From Octopus sinensis (taxonomy: Eukaryota): a stretch of 64,000 nt of DNA. The stretch spans positions 20,646,001-20,710,000 of the forward strand of contig NC_043007.1 of assembly GCF_006345805.1 (NCBI RefSeq), in the 5' to 3' direction. Below the pieces are notes generated by a model that saw only the letters and a list, made by a program, of their open reading frames with translations, had not been told where the DNA came from and did no database searches. The position numbers and the translations under genes were made by a program. Within the stretch, counting starts at the first letter, position 1. The number at the start of each line of letters is the position of its first letter. This document shows positions 25,977-38,512 of this stretch, piece by piece.

Positions 25977-27099
25977 TTGCTAATGCTGCCGATAAACTAG
26001 CCATTATAAACAATATCCTGAAGAAAAATGTATCAAGCTAAATGGATGCATTCATCCAGAACCATCTTGAGGTGTTCAGTGGAGTTTCTCAACAGCTTTC
26101 CTGTCAGCTTTTATTATCTTCTTATATATACTTTGATTACTATTCATCATCATCGTTTAACGTCCACTTTCCATGCTAGCATGGGTTGGACGATTTTGAC
26201 TGAGGGCTGGCAAACCAGATGGCTGCACCAGGCTTCAATCTTGATCTGGCAGAGTTTCTACAGCTGGATGCCCTTCCTAACGCCAACCACTCCGAGAGTG
26301 TAGTGGGTGCTTTTTACGTGCCACCGGCACGGGGGCCAGTCAGGCGATGTTGGTAATGAACCCACTCGAATGGTGCCCTTTTATGTGCCATGGAACAGGG
26401 GTCAGTCAAATGGTACTGGCAACCACATCGCTCGAATCTTTTTACACATGCTACCGGCACAGGTGCCAGTAAGTTGGTTACGATCGCGCTTGAATGGTGC
26501 CCTTTTACATGCCAGTGCACGGGGGCCAGTCAGGCAGTACTGGCAATGACCTCGCTCGAATATTTCTACACATGCCAGCGGCACAGGTGCCTTTACACAT
26601 GCCACCGTCATATCTTCCAGTATTACTTTTTTTCTTACTACTGTTTGTTTCACTGAATTCTTCCGCTACAACGCAGTATATTTCTTGGTCAGACACAGTA
26701 CCTTTCAATTTGTTAACATTTGTTAAAGCTGCCGATAAACTAGCCATTATAAACAATATCCTGAAGAAAAATCTATTGAGTTAAATGGATGCATTCATCC
26801 AGAACCATCTTGAGGTGTTCAGTGGAGTTTCTCAATAGATTTCCTGTCAGCTTTTATTATCTTCTTATATTATATGCTTTAATTACTATTGATTTTTAAA
26901 AGTTGATTCTGGCCAGGTTACTATGAAACACACTTTGGAAACACTTCCACCTGCTTTGTACTGTTCGTTTTTATGTATTTACAATTGGTCTTTTGTGAAG
27001 TGAGGGAATTCGTTATGATTATTCATTTATCTGTTTGTGATACATCAGACACACCAAAGAGGAAGCCTCTGTATGGTAGCCTTAACCTGCTACACCATT

Positions 27100-27435
27100 G
27101 CTGTCATCATCATCATTATCATCATCGTCATTGTCGTCGTCGTCATCATCATCATCGTCATCATCATCGTCATCATCATCATCATCGTCATCGTCATCAT
27201 CATTGTCATCGTTATCGTTGTCATCATCATCATCATCATCATTGTCATCATCATCATTGTCGTCGTCATCATCATCGTCATCGTCATCATCATCATCATC
27301 ATCGTCGTTGTCGTCATCATCATCATCATCATCGTCATTGTCATTTTCATCGTCATTGTCATCGTCATCGTCATCTTCATCATCATCATCATCATCAGCG
27401 TCATCATCATCATCATCGCTGCTGCCACCACCACC
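27100..27435. repeat. Degenerate (ATC/GTC)n triplet tract
   Basis: Low-complexity triplet block. Similar blocks at ~6400-6750, 21220-21340, 36665-37015 and 46385-46745. Confidence 0.9.
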
Positions 27436-27780
27436 ACCAATACCTATTTCTTTACTACCCACAAGGGCTAAACACAGGGGGGACAAACAAGGACAGACAA
27501 ACGGATTAAGTCGATTACATCGACCCCAGTGCGTAACAGGTACTTATTTAATCGACCCTGAAAGGATGAAAGTCAAAGTCGGCCTTGGCGGAATTTGAAC
27601 TCAGAATGTAACAGCAGATGAAATACCGCTAAGCATTTCGTCCGGCGTGCTAATGATTCTGTCAGCTCACCACCATTTAATGTCCATATTCCATGCTGGC
27701 ATAGGTTGTATGGTTTGACAGGATCCAATGAGTCTGTAGGAAGTGAGGTCGGCACTGGATGGGTACCTCACAATTCCTTA

Positions 27781-28177
27781 CATAGTCGTGGAAAGGAAAC
27801 TAGTGGGAACAAGAATCTCCGAACAAACAACAATATTTTTCTGTCTGTACAAGTGTTACATCTCTGGACAATCAGTAGCCAGGTCACCTTGGTGTGGAAA
27901 CAGCAGAGTCAGTTTAATCACAATTGTGAAGGCATTCTTCTCAGATTCACCAAAGTCGTGAATCGCCTTCAGAATTCCAGACGCACGGTGCTGGTCAAGT
28001 TGTGTCTGGCTTGGTCGGCAGCAAGGGCAAAGAGAGAGAATATGGCAGTTAAGCCAAGGTGCTGCTGATGACTGCACATGCGCATAAGGGGCTTCTGGCA
28101 GGCCTTCCAGAAGACTAACCCCTGTGCATGCGTGGATGAAAATCCCAAAATGGCGTCTGGAACCAGGCGTCACTACA
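27781..28177 (-). mobile_element. Putative solo LTR
   Basis: Starts TGTAGTGACGCC on the minus strand. A homolog starting with the same TGTAG lies at 44961-45225(+), and a fragment at ~32130-32180. The 3' CA end and TSD are not clear. Confidence 0.4.
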
Positions 28178-29394
28178 AGTCCAAGGACTGCACCGTGCTC
28201 CAATGTCTATTTTGGAATGGTTTCTATGGCTTGATGCTTTTCTTAACATCAACCACTTTGCAGCATGTACAGGAAGGCTGCCACATAGTTTGCATGACTA
28301 TAAACCCCAGGATGGGGGGGGGGCCACTTTATACTAGGATACGAAGGGAGAATGATGGGTGAAAGTATAAGAGAAGGGGCCAGAGCAGAACAGATTTCTC
28401 AAATTTTAGAAAGGAGAAGATGAGATTGATTGAATGGAGCCAAAGAGCAATGGGCAAGAGGAAGTGAGAGAGTAGAGATGACTGACAGTTCTGAGCAGCA
28501 GAATAACAATGATGAAACAGTAGACAGGAGAAGGGCAATAGAGAGATGATGTTGGATAGGATGCAGGAGCAGATGGGGAAGGGAAAAGCAGGCATAATGT
28601 ATGAGGATGGTGGGAAATGTATGTGTGTGGGGAGAAGGATAGTTGTTGAGGCAGATTTTCTAGGGTTGGATGTCGCATATATATATATACAGTGAAGGTG
28701 TGAAGCTTAGTGGTTCGGGCATCGGCTCATGATCGTAAGGTCATGAGTTCAATTCCCGGTGACACATTGTGTCCTTGAGCAAGATACTTCATTTCACGTT
28801 GCTCCAGTTCACTCAGCTGGCAAAAATGAGTTGTACCTGTATTTCAAAGGGTCAGCCTTGTCACACTTTGTGTCACGCTGAATATCCCGGAGAACTACAT
28901 TAAGGGTACACGTGTCTGTGGAGTGCTCAGCCATTTGCACGTTAATTTCATGAGCAATCTTGGCCGTTTGCCAGCCTCCTCTGGCCCCTGTGCCGGTGGC
29001 ATGTAAAAAGCACCCATGACACTCACGGAGTGGTTAGCGTTAGGAAGGGCATCCAGCTGTAGAAACACTGCCAGATAAGACTGGAGCCTGGTGCAGCCTC
29101 CTGGCTTCCCAGACCCTGGTCGAACCGTCCAACCCATGCTAGCATGGAAAATGGACGTTAAACGATGATGATGACAATGATGATTATGATGATGATGATG
29201 ATGATGATGATGATATATGGGGAAAAACAAGGAGAAGGACGTGGAGAATAAATTAATGTAATTACTGATTTATTTGCATGTTGTAGAAAGATGATTTTTT
29301 TTTAATCGGAATACCTTGGATTATATAACCCTTAATGAGGACTTAACTTCCTCGAACTAACTATATACATACTACATGCACAATGAAAATCAAA

Positions 29395-29890
29395 ATCAAA
29401 CCAAATCAAAATAGATGAACATCAATGGAATTTGTATCTTTGTGGTACCAGTGCCGGTGGCACATAAGAAAACCATCCGAACGTGGCCGTAGCCAGTACC
29501 GCATCGACTGGCCTCCGTGCTGTGGGCACATAACAAACACCATCCGATCGTGGCCGTTCGCCAGCCTCGTCTGGCGCCTGTGTCGGTGGCACATAAAAAA
29601 CACCATCCGAGCGTGGCCATCTGTCAGCCTCGTCTGGCACCTGTGTCGGTGGCACATAAAAAACACCATCCGAGTGTGGCCGTTCGCCAGCCTCGTCTGG
29701 CACCTGTGTCGGTGGCACATAAAATCACCCACTACACTCTCGGAGTGGTTGGCATTAGGAAGGGCATCCAGCTGTAGAAACACTGCCAGATCCGACTGGC
29801 CTGGTGCAGCCTTCGGGCTCTCCAGACCCCAGTTGAACCGTCCAACCCATGCTAGCATGGAAAGCGGACGTTAATGATGATGATGATATG
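29395..29890 (+). mobile_element. 5'-truncated RTE 3'UTR copy with five ~62-bp tandem units
   Basis: Ends CATGCTAGCATGGAAAGCGGACGTTAATGATGATG. Other UTR-only copies at ~5825-6090(-), 11670-11810(-), 13900-14370(-), 21060-21200(+), 23640-23870(+), 26140-26610(-), 28960-29200(+), 37270-37460(+), 46200-46385(+), 54640-55010(+), 60780-61280(+), 62900-63090(+), 63085-63320(-). Confidence 0.85.
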
Positions 29891-29891
29891 A

Positions 29892-29967
<76 letters not shown>

Positions 29968-30029
29968 ATATATATATATATATATAATATATATGATATA
30001 TATATATTATAATATAGTATATATATAGT

Positions 30030-30355
30030 TAATCCAAACAGAGAAAGCACAAAAAAACACAACAACGCGAGGATGTGGAACAAATATAGTATTATTGGAC
30101 GCTCAGGAAAGAAGGAAAGAAGGAGGGTTTAACGTTGCGGTCACATTTTTGTATATATATATATATATTATATTAGGGAAGGTTTACGAAAATAAACAAA
30201 AGACGAAGGCAGGTGAGTACAAACAAACACAATGTATTGTATAGCGCTCAGGAATAGAAATATAAAAATACTTTTACGTTTCGAGCCTACGCTCTTCGAC
30301 AGAAAGATACACAGAAAAGAAACAAGGAGAGAAACAAGGAGAGAAAAAATGCCTG
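30030..30355 (-). mobile_element. Adjacent Penelope-derived elements, family 2 (deleted) and family 1 (hammerhead intact)
   Basis: Homology to 1515-1730 and 12860-13030; the two are separated by a short (TA)n. Confidence 0.6.
30271..30306 (-). ncRNA. Minimal type-I hammerhead ribozyme motif (Penelope-type), best-preserved copy
   Basis: Minus strand reads CTTT-CTGTCGA-A-GAGC-GTAG-GCTC-GAAA-CGT-A-AAAG: stem I CTTT/AAAG, stem II GAGC/GCTC, palindromic ACGT stem III, UA cleavage site. The core has U in place of A6. Confidence 0.75.
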
Positions 30356-31256
30356 CAGAGCTATGCATACATACAGTAGACAGGAGAAGGACAGGAGGGA
30401 GATGATGCTGGATAGGATACAGGAGTGGCTGGGGAAGGGAAAAGCAGGCATAGTCTATGAGGAGGGTGCGAGATGTATGGTGTGTGTGTGTGGGGGGGGG
30501 GCTGAAAGGATAGTTGTTGACTCATAAAAAAATGAAGTTTATATTGAATAATATCATCCTACATACTTCTAAAATGGTGGAATGGTCAAGGCCGGATTGT
30601 CTTTAATTAGTGGTCTGCTCACCACCACTATCAACAACAACATAAACAGTAACATGTTAAAAGTCAATTATTACTGTCGTAATAATTAATTAATAAACCG
30701 ATAAACGGTGATTAGAAATGTGCTTTGTCTGTCTTCATTATCAAGTTTAATAGCAATAATTGCTTTGAAAATAATACTGCAAGTTCATGGCATTGGAAAT
30801 GGATGCGTTTTATGTGAGAACTTGATCCATAGGGAATCAGTTTTATGACCTTGGTACACGTGTGTGTATGTGTGCGTGCGTGTGTGTATGCGTGTGTGTG
30901 TGTGTGCGTGCGTGTGTGTATGCGTGTGCGTGAGTATATCCGGGTATGTGTACACACACTCGCATACATAATGTAAAATTGCTTTCGTTATAACTGAACA
31001 TAGAAACAAGCATTAATATATGTACATACATACACAACACGTACACACATGCACATGCACACACATACACATATATACATACACACACACATATACACAC
31101 ACATATATACATGCACATATTTAACATCCAGCATGCATACATACATATATACATATATATACATATACATACACACATACATATACACATGCATACATAC
31201 ATATATAATACATACATACATACATATATAATACATACATACATACATTCATACAT

Positions 31257-31322
<66 letters not shown>

Positions 31323-31654
31323 CATATATATATATATGGAAAACATGAACTGTTATAAAAAATGCAGGTGAGAATCATTCTCGAAAATGGTAACAAGATA
31401 ACTATTGTTGAAGATCTCCAAAATCTGCCATTTCTTTATTTATAATTGAATGCATATCAAAAGTAACTTTTCTGTAATGATCTTAAACTGAATCCTAACA
31501 ATGTATTATGATATCACAGTGGCAGCTGTACAAGAATATAGACAGAAGATAGCAACAGAAGGGTAAATGTGAAAGTTAGTTGTTGAGTCACATTAGAGGA
31601 AAAGCTGTCAGAACCAATCAAGATGTCCCTGGAGAACCTGACAAAGGAAGGAAT

Positions 31655-32247
31655 TTAACCCTTTCGTTACTGTATTTATTTTGAGATGCTTTGTGTTTCT
31701 TTCAATTACTTTAAATATAACAAAGAATTTAGTAAAATAACTTAGTTATCATTCAGCTGGTGTTAGGAACATAAATTGTGACTAAGGTTTGGTGGAAGAT
31801 TTTGATTCAGAACTTACGAAAACAAGACATTTGTACTACAGAGCCAGAGCTGGTTTCAGCCAGGTTGATAACAAAAGGGTTAAACGCACCTCTACATTTG
31901 GGCAGATGCACATTAGAAGCAATAGGAAGGGTGTGGATTGAAGGAAATTTCGTCTATTATTTCTAGCATATAGAGTGACCACATTGAGGTCTCCTCTTAT
32001 GTCTTCTGCTGATTCTTAACCCTTTTGTTACCATATTTCTGTTGAGATGCTCTGTGTTTCTTTCAATTAATTTTAAATATAACAAAGAATTTAGTAAAAA
32101 TAACTTAGTTAGGAACATTACTGACTACTGATTGTCTACTGATTGTCCAGAGATGTAACACCTGTACAGACAGGAAAATAAATGGAAGATTTTAATTAAA
32201 ATTATTGCCAAAGCCAGTTTCAGCCGGGTTGGTAACGAAAGGGTTAA
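31655..32247 (-). mobile_element. Pair of piggyBac-type MITEs with a different spacer
   Basis: TTAA at 31655, 31880, 32016 and 32244; CCCTTT..TTAC TIRs. Confidence 0.75.
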
Positions 32248-33887
32248 GGTCACATAGAAGCACTACATTTGCATTAATTTTTGGTATATTTATGGTTATA
32301 GGCGTATGAGTGGCTGTGTGGTAAGTAGCTTGCTTACCAACCACATGGTTCTGGGTTCAGTCCCACTGCATGGCACCTTGGGCAAGTGTCTTCTACTAGA
32401 GCCTCGGGCCAACCAAAGCCTTGTGAGTGGATTTGGTAGCCGGAAACTGAAAGAAGCCTGTTGTATATATGTATATATATATATATATATACATATATAT
32501 ATAGGTGTAGGGAAAAACAAATGAATTATATGGAAATATTATTTCATATGTTCTCTCACTTTTTTCAGGAATTGTGTATCTAGGATTACATTAATAAATG
32601 CATCCTTCCTTTTTCATGAAGGTAGAATATGGTCTGAGGGGAAATTTCTTGTTGATTGAGTGACAGAACAGAGCTTCTCTTGTATTCCATAGTGGATCAG
32701 ATACAACTTCATAAACAGCAATTTTTTAAAGTTTGAAGTACGTATCCACTTGTATAAGCATTATAGCAGATGTCATTGAAGGTACTTCTTTATCTGTTCA
32801 TGAACACTTGATATTGTTAGAGTTTATTTGCTAATTTATTGGATACAGTATTGAATATGTTGAAGGATCTTAACAATGGAAATTGAGTGGGTTGGCTGGG
32901 TGCTATTAAGGTTGCAAGAGGGTTATATTTGCAATTGAAAGAAGAGAGAAGCATGAAGATCTCCTGTCATTGTAGTGTGTATTACAAGAGGTAATGGAGA
33001 AATGTAGCGGAAATGAGCAGAGTGATTATACACCCTTGAATAATACTTGTGTTTAAAGGGTCCTAGTCAAACAAATGCCTCTTCATACACATTAAAATTG
33101 AGTAATTTTGGATGGGTAAAAATTTGACTATGTGTGTATGTTATGTCACATGTTCAGATGCCTTCTACTCAACACTACTCTGCTACTAATCTATTCTAGT
33201 CTGCTACTCCTGATGTCTAGGCTTCTCTCTCTATATCTACGTATTGGGCTAGCCGACTTCATCGTCTGGGGGCGTCTACACAACAGTGTATAAGCTATGA
33301 ATACAAATTTGCTACTGCTGCTGTTGCTGTTGCTGTTGAGTGAAGGGTCTTCGTCCCAGAGCTCACAGTGGGAGAAGTCTGAATCGTGCTCCTTGCTATT
33401 CGTAAGACCCGCAGAAGAGAGAAAGCAGGTCAACCCCCGACACCGAGAGCATCGACGGATGGATGAATGCACATCCAGGCTCAGCGGTTGTGTAGGAAGT
33501 CGGAGACAAGAAACAGGAAGAAAGAGTGAGAGAAAGTTGGGGCGAAAGAGTATAACAGGGGTCGCCACCACCCGCTGCTGGAGCCTCGTGGAGCTTTAGG
33601 TGTTTTCGCTCAATAAACACACACAACGCCTGGTCTGGGAATCGAAACCGCGATCCTCCGACCGCGAGTCAGCTGCTCTAACCACTGGGCCATTGCGCCT
33701 CCACTGCTGCTGCTGCTGGTGTTTGATTGTATTTCTAGGAAGAGTACATTATCTTACAGTGTCTCAGTTCACCTTATTGTAAACAGGAAGCAGATCCCTG
33801 GGGAATGTTATATGTAACAGGCTGACAATCTATTCAGAGAAAAGTTTACCTTTACTTCAATGTGGTAGTATAGTGAGAAAACTTATA

Positions 33888-34410
33888 CTGTAAATTCTCG
33901 AGTATAATCCGCATTTTTTCCCCAAAATTTAAAGGTCAAAATCCCTAGTGCATACTATATACGAGGTTAAAAATGAAAATTATTTTCTAAGCAATGTCCG
34001 AGTCTCTATTTGCTGTCTGGCAATGTTTATTCAGATGCATTTTGTGATGTTGGGGGTAAAAAATACCTTAAGCTAAGCCTGAAAGCAATGAAGTCATAAA
34101 AGAATCATCCATAACTTGCAGTAAGCAACATTTATTAAAAATAAAAGTATTCAGAACACAGATTAACATGTAACAAAACAATTTGCAAACATATTTACAT
34201 TCCCATATAACAGTTAAGAACATCACCATTATTGTATTACACACACATGGAAGTGTTTATTCGACAAGGTTCTGCTGGCTTAATTACACATGACTCAAGT
34301 TAGAGAAGGGGTGCGTATTATACACAAGGTTTAGGTTTTTCAGAGGTACAGCCCCCTAAAAATCCTCTGTGTATTATACTCAAGGGTGGGCTATACTCGA
34401 AGATCTACGG
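33888..34410. mobile_element. Tc1/mariner (pogo/Tc2-like) MITE
   Basis: TA|CTGTAAATTCTCGAGTATA ... TATACTCGAAGATCTACGG|TA termini. Confidence 0.7.
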
Positions 34411-35023
34411 TAATTAACCTTTAGCATGCTGTAGATGTATCATGTAGCCATATGAGTTTTCTCCCCTCTCAGTGTGATACAATGCACCTGCAGCTACGGA
34501 GAAGAAAACTCATACTAGGCCATAATGTGGCTAAGTGCACCAAAGATTAATAAATATTATAGTGTTGAGCTTAAATCTTCCCATTGGTCAGATAAAGGCA
34601 ACAAGAAAATCACTCCAATGTTATTCTCCCTTTATTTTCTACGGTAATGAGACAGCTTTAGTGGTGTTCCTATCACCAGATGTCAGCATTGGTCCTTAAA
34701 AAGTCACCATAAAAAAGGGAACAGAGCATTTGGCAAATTATCTGAACTATATTTTTTTTAGATAGAACTGAGAAATATATTATAGGGAAATATTTAGACA
34801 AAGTTAAATGTAAGAGTTCTGGCATTTGTTTAATTAGAACTACATGGATTGTGGGATTTGCAAAAGAAGGATCTAAAAAATTGTTTGAGATAGAAAGGGG
34901 TCCAACTCCAATAGAAAGATAAACATTTGTTGTCTCAATGGTCTTGTGGGTAAAGACATGGACACAGCAATACACAAACCTCTTTAACAAAGGTTCAATC
35001 CTTGTAAAAGTACTCAAATTTTC

Positions 35024-35096
35024 TCCTCGGTAGTATAGTGGTAAGTATCCCCCGCCTGTCACGCGGGAAACCGGGGTTCGATTCCCCGCCGGGGAG
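35024..35096 (+). tRNA. tRNA-Asp-GTC: tRNA-Asp(GTC), possibly a pseudogene or retro-chimera
   Basis: TCCTCGG/CCGGGGA acceptor stem, CCCGC-CTGTCAC-GCGGG anticodon arm and CGGGG-TTCGATT-CCCCG T arm; near-identical to the conserved metazoan tRNA-Asp. It has one extra C in the run before the anticodon stem and no oligo-T terminator directly downstream. Confidence 0.8.
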
Positions 35097-35703
35097 GCTA
35101 GTATTGACCGATAGAATAAGTACTGGGCTTACAAAAAATAAGTCCCGGGGTCGAGTTGCTCAATTAAAGGCAGTGCTCCAGCATGGCCGCAGTCAAATGA
35201 CTGAAACAAGTAAAAGAGAAAAGAGAAAGAGAAAGAGATTTAGGCAAAATTCTTCAGATTACTAATAAAAATTGCAGAGGCAAATATTTTCCAATGGTAA
35301 AGATCCTTCATATTGGTTTTTATTAGGTAACCGTTGTCATTACTGTTTAAACCAATTTAAGGTTCTAAAGTATTTGACTGGTATTTCTAGCTGTGAAGTG
35401 TTGTATTTGTTATCCAACCTGCTGCCCTAAAATTGAAGACATGAGATATGTGGCATCCCTTTTTACAAACAGTCTGTGGTTTGTCTAGTAGAAGGCGATT
35501 TGGCTGTTATAAGCTATCAGTTGAAAGAGTTACATACAAGTTCCTTCATTCACCATTCTTTGTTCAGTGTTGTAAAAGCAGCTGCAATTCAGAACGAGAT
35601 TGTTGGGCACAGCTGTTGGGATGCTGAAGATTTGGCACAGCTGACTAAACATTCAGCCTGTTTTGGCAACGGAACTTTTTGGGAGAAGCGGCAAGCACAC
35701 ACA

Positions 35704-35754
<51 letters not shown>

Positions 35755-36985
35755 CATACACACACACTCACACACATGCACACACATGCATCTGTAGAAA
35801 TCTAGACATAGGCACAGGAGTGGCTGTGTGGTAAGTAGCTTGCTTACGAACCACATGGTTCCGGGTTCAGTCCCACTGCGTGGCACCTTGGACAAGTGTC
35901 TTTTACTATAGCCTTGGGCTGACCAAAGCCTCATGAGTGGATTTGGTAGATGGAAACTGAAAGAAGCCCATCGCATATATATATATATGTATGTGTGTGT
36001 GTATATGTTTGTGTGTCTGTGTTTGTCCCCACCAAACATCGCTTGACAACTGATGCTGGTGTGTTTACGTCCCCATAATTTAGCGGTTCAGCAAAAGAGA
36101 CCGATAGAATAAGTACTAGGCTTACAAAGAATAAGTCCTGGGGTCGATTTGCACGACTAAAAGGTGGTGCTCCAGCATGGCCACAGTCAAATGACTGAAA
36201 CAAGTAAAAGAGTAAAAAGAGTAAAGAGTATAACAGACAAAAATAGTGAGAGAGAAAACCATTACAATCGTTAACTGAACATAATTAACGTAAGCCTTCT
36301 CTCTTTCTTCACATGCATAAACCGAGACGGGGTGTGGAAAGAATGGGGGAAACATTAAAAGACCAAATGGTTGGCACCAAAACATTTGTTTCAAAACGTC
36401 TTATACCTGCTGCAATTGATGTGATAAAATCACTTTGAGGAGCTTGGTTGCAAAGGTTCTAGAGAATACATGATGAAGTAGGACATATCCAAAGAAAAAA
36501 AGAAAATGGTTAATGTCATATGTCTATAAATATCAAAGAGAGCTATCCGGCCACCACAAGGAGATAGCATAACATTGTCAAAAGGTCTGACCGATTGACG
36601 AATACAGTCGTGATAGGAAAGATGGGCATTGTGAAAAATTGTGTGTTGTGACCATGCAGCAACAAAGATATCATCATCATCATCATCACTACCACCACCA
36701 CCACCACCACCACCACCACCACCATCATCATCATCATAATCATCACCATCATCATCATCATCATCATCATCACCACCACCACCACCACACCACCATCATC
36801 ATCATCATCATAATCATCACCATCATCATCATCATCATCATCACCACCACCACCACCACACCACCACCACCATCATCATCATAATCATCACCATCATCAT
36901 CATCATCATCATCATCACCACCACCACCACCACCATCATCATCATCATAATCATCACCATCATCATCATCATCACCATCACCACC

Positions 36986-37017
<32 letters not shown>

Positions 37018-37563
37018 TTAATGTTTACCTTTTCACATTGAATAAATATGTAAATTGGCATTACATGTGGACTGAAAAATGTCTGCTGTATTTCACTCTT
37101 GTACCTTGAGGGTGTATCCTGATACCTCATCTCCACCATCATTTGTCCCTTTCCTGCAGGGGTAACCATGTTCTTGTCCCTCTTTCATACTTAAGTCTCT
37201 CAACACTTGGCACAAAGCCACTTCCCTCAATATTGCAGGAAACTCGTTTTGCAGGTTATTAGGCTACCTCTTTAGTGCTGGTGCCACAAAAAATAGCACT
37301 CAGTACACACTACAAAGTGGTAAGTGTTAGGAAGGGTATCCAACTGTAGAAATCTTACCAAAGCTGCAGACTGGAAACTGATGTTGCCCTAAGGCTCGTC
37401 ATATTCTGTAAAACTATCCAACTCATGCCAGCATGGAATACAGACATTAAATGATGATAATAACAACAACAATGATGACAATTTCAATGGAAATGTAACA
37501 AAGGCATTTTATTTATTCAAAGATATTTTATTAATGATTACCTTAAAACATAAGTAATAATAA

Positions 37564-37963
37564 GTAGCAGTATAGCATGGCGTTGCTCGGGTTTGTTTTT
37601 ACTTTTTGACCCTTCAGAATTGGAATTTTTGAAAAGTAAAAATTTTGCATTATGTAGCTTGTTATACTCTTTAAGTGAACATTTTCCTGGTTTAAATACA
37701 CCGAAAAATGGTGACACAGCAGTAAAAAAATCGTAAAAAATAGGGATTTTCATAGAAAAAAAGCACCTTTTTTACGTAAATAATTTTTGGTGTTAACATG
37801 GTCCAATTTGAATTTTTTCTTCTACGGAATGAAGAGCAAGCCTTCTTCTATCATCCTTTCAATTTTGGTCAACTTGCGCTGCAGGGTCTCGGAGGAGATA
37901 CTGTTAGTTGAAGGCTACCAAACCTGCCATACACAGACAACTTCAGCTTTATACATATATAGA
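37564..37963 (-). mobile_element. Non-autonomous Helitron
   Basis: Reverse-complement homolog of 3332-3723. Confidence 0.75.
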
Positions 37964-38481
37964 TTGAATAAAAAAGAATAATAAATTCAAATATTTCTAA
38001 TAAAATACAGAACAATGTGTTAAGAGTTGGAAAATATGTTAAACGTATGATTTAATAGTAATTTCCTCCTTCATATATCTCTAATGCCGGAATTGATAAA
38101 ATATATACACCATGAGAACGTTGCTAAGTTTCTGTCGAGTGTCTTGATTAGACTTGAAGTAAAAATATCTTTGCAAATTAAAAGCCTTATGAATAGCAAC
38201 CAACTTTAATCAGGTGACCCAAGACATTATATCTGGGGTGGTCTCCCGATATTATTTGATAAATTCTCCTCAGTAATCTCTCAATATATAAAGCTGAAGT
38301 TGTCTGTGTGTGGCAGGTTTGGTGACCCCAGTACTTATTGTTTCAAAGTCTGGTATTTATTCTATCACTCTCTTTTGCTGAACTACAGAATTATAGGGAC
38401 ATAAACAAACCAGCACTGGTTGTTATAATGATGTAGTGAAGGTGGGGGCTCAAAGACAGACACAAACATATACACACACAC

Positions 38482-38512
<31 letters not shown>

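Noticed and set aside
26973-27598. Poly-His, poly-Asp, poly-Ser and poly-Met ORFs (also ~6511-6790, 21162-21539, 36543-36884, 46384-46753)
   Set aside because: Triplet microsatellites lack stops in most frames.
29420-29720. HDV-like ribozyme in the RTE UTR units (GGCGAAC and CCAGCCTCG resemble HDV segments)
   Set aside because: I could not complete P1 and P2 of the nested double pseudoknot on either strand by eye; a descriptor search would be needed.
34673-35062. 129-aa minus-strand ORF overlapping the tRNA
   Set aside because: No recognisable domain; it starts inside the tRNA antisense strand.
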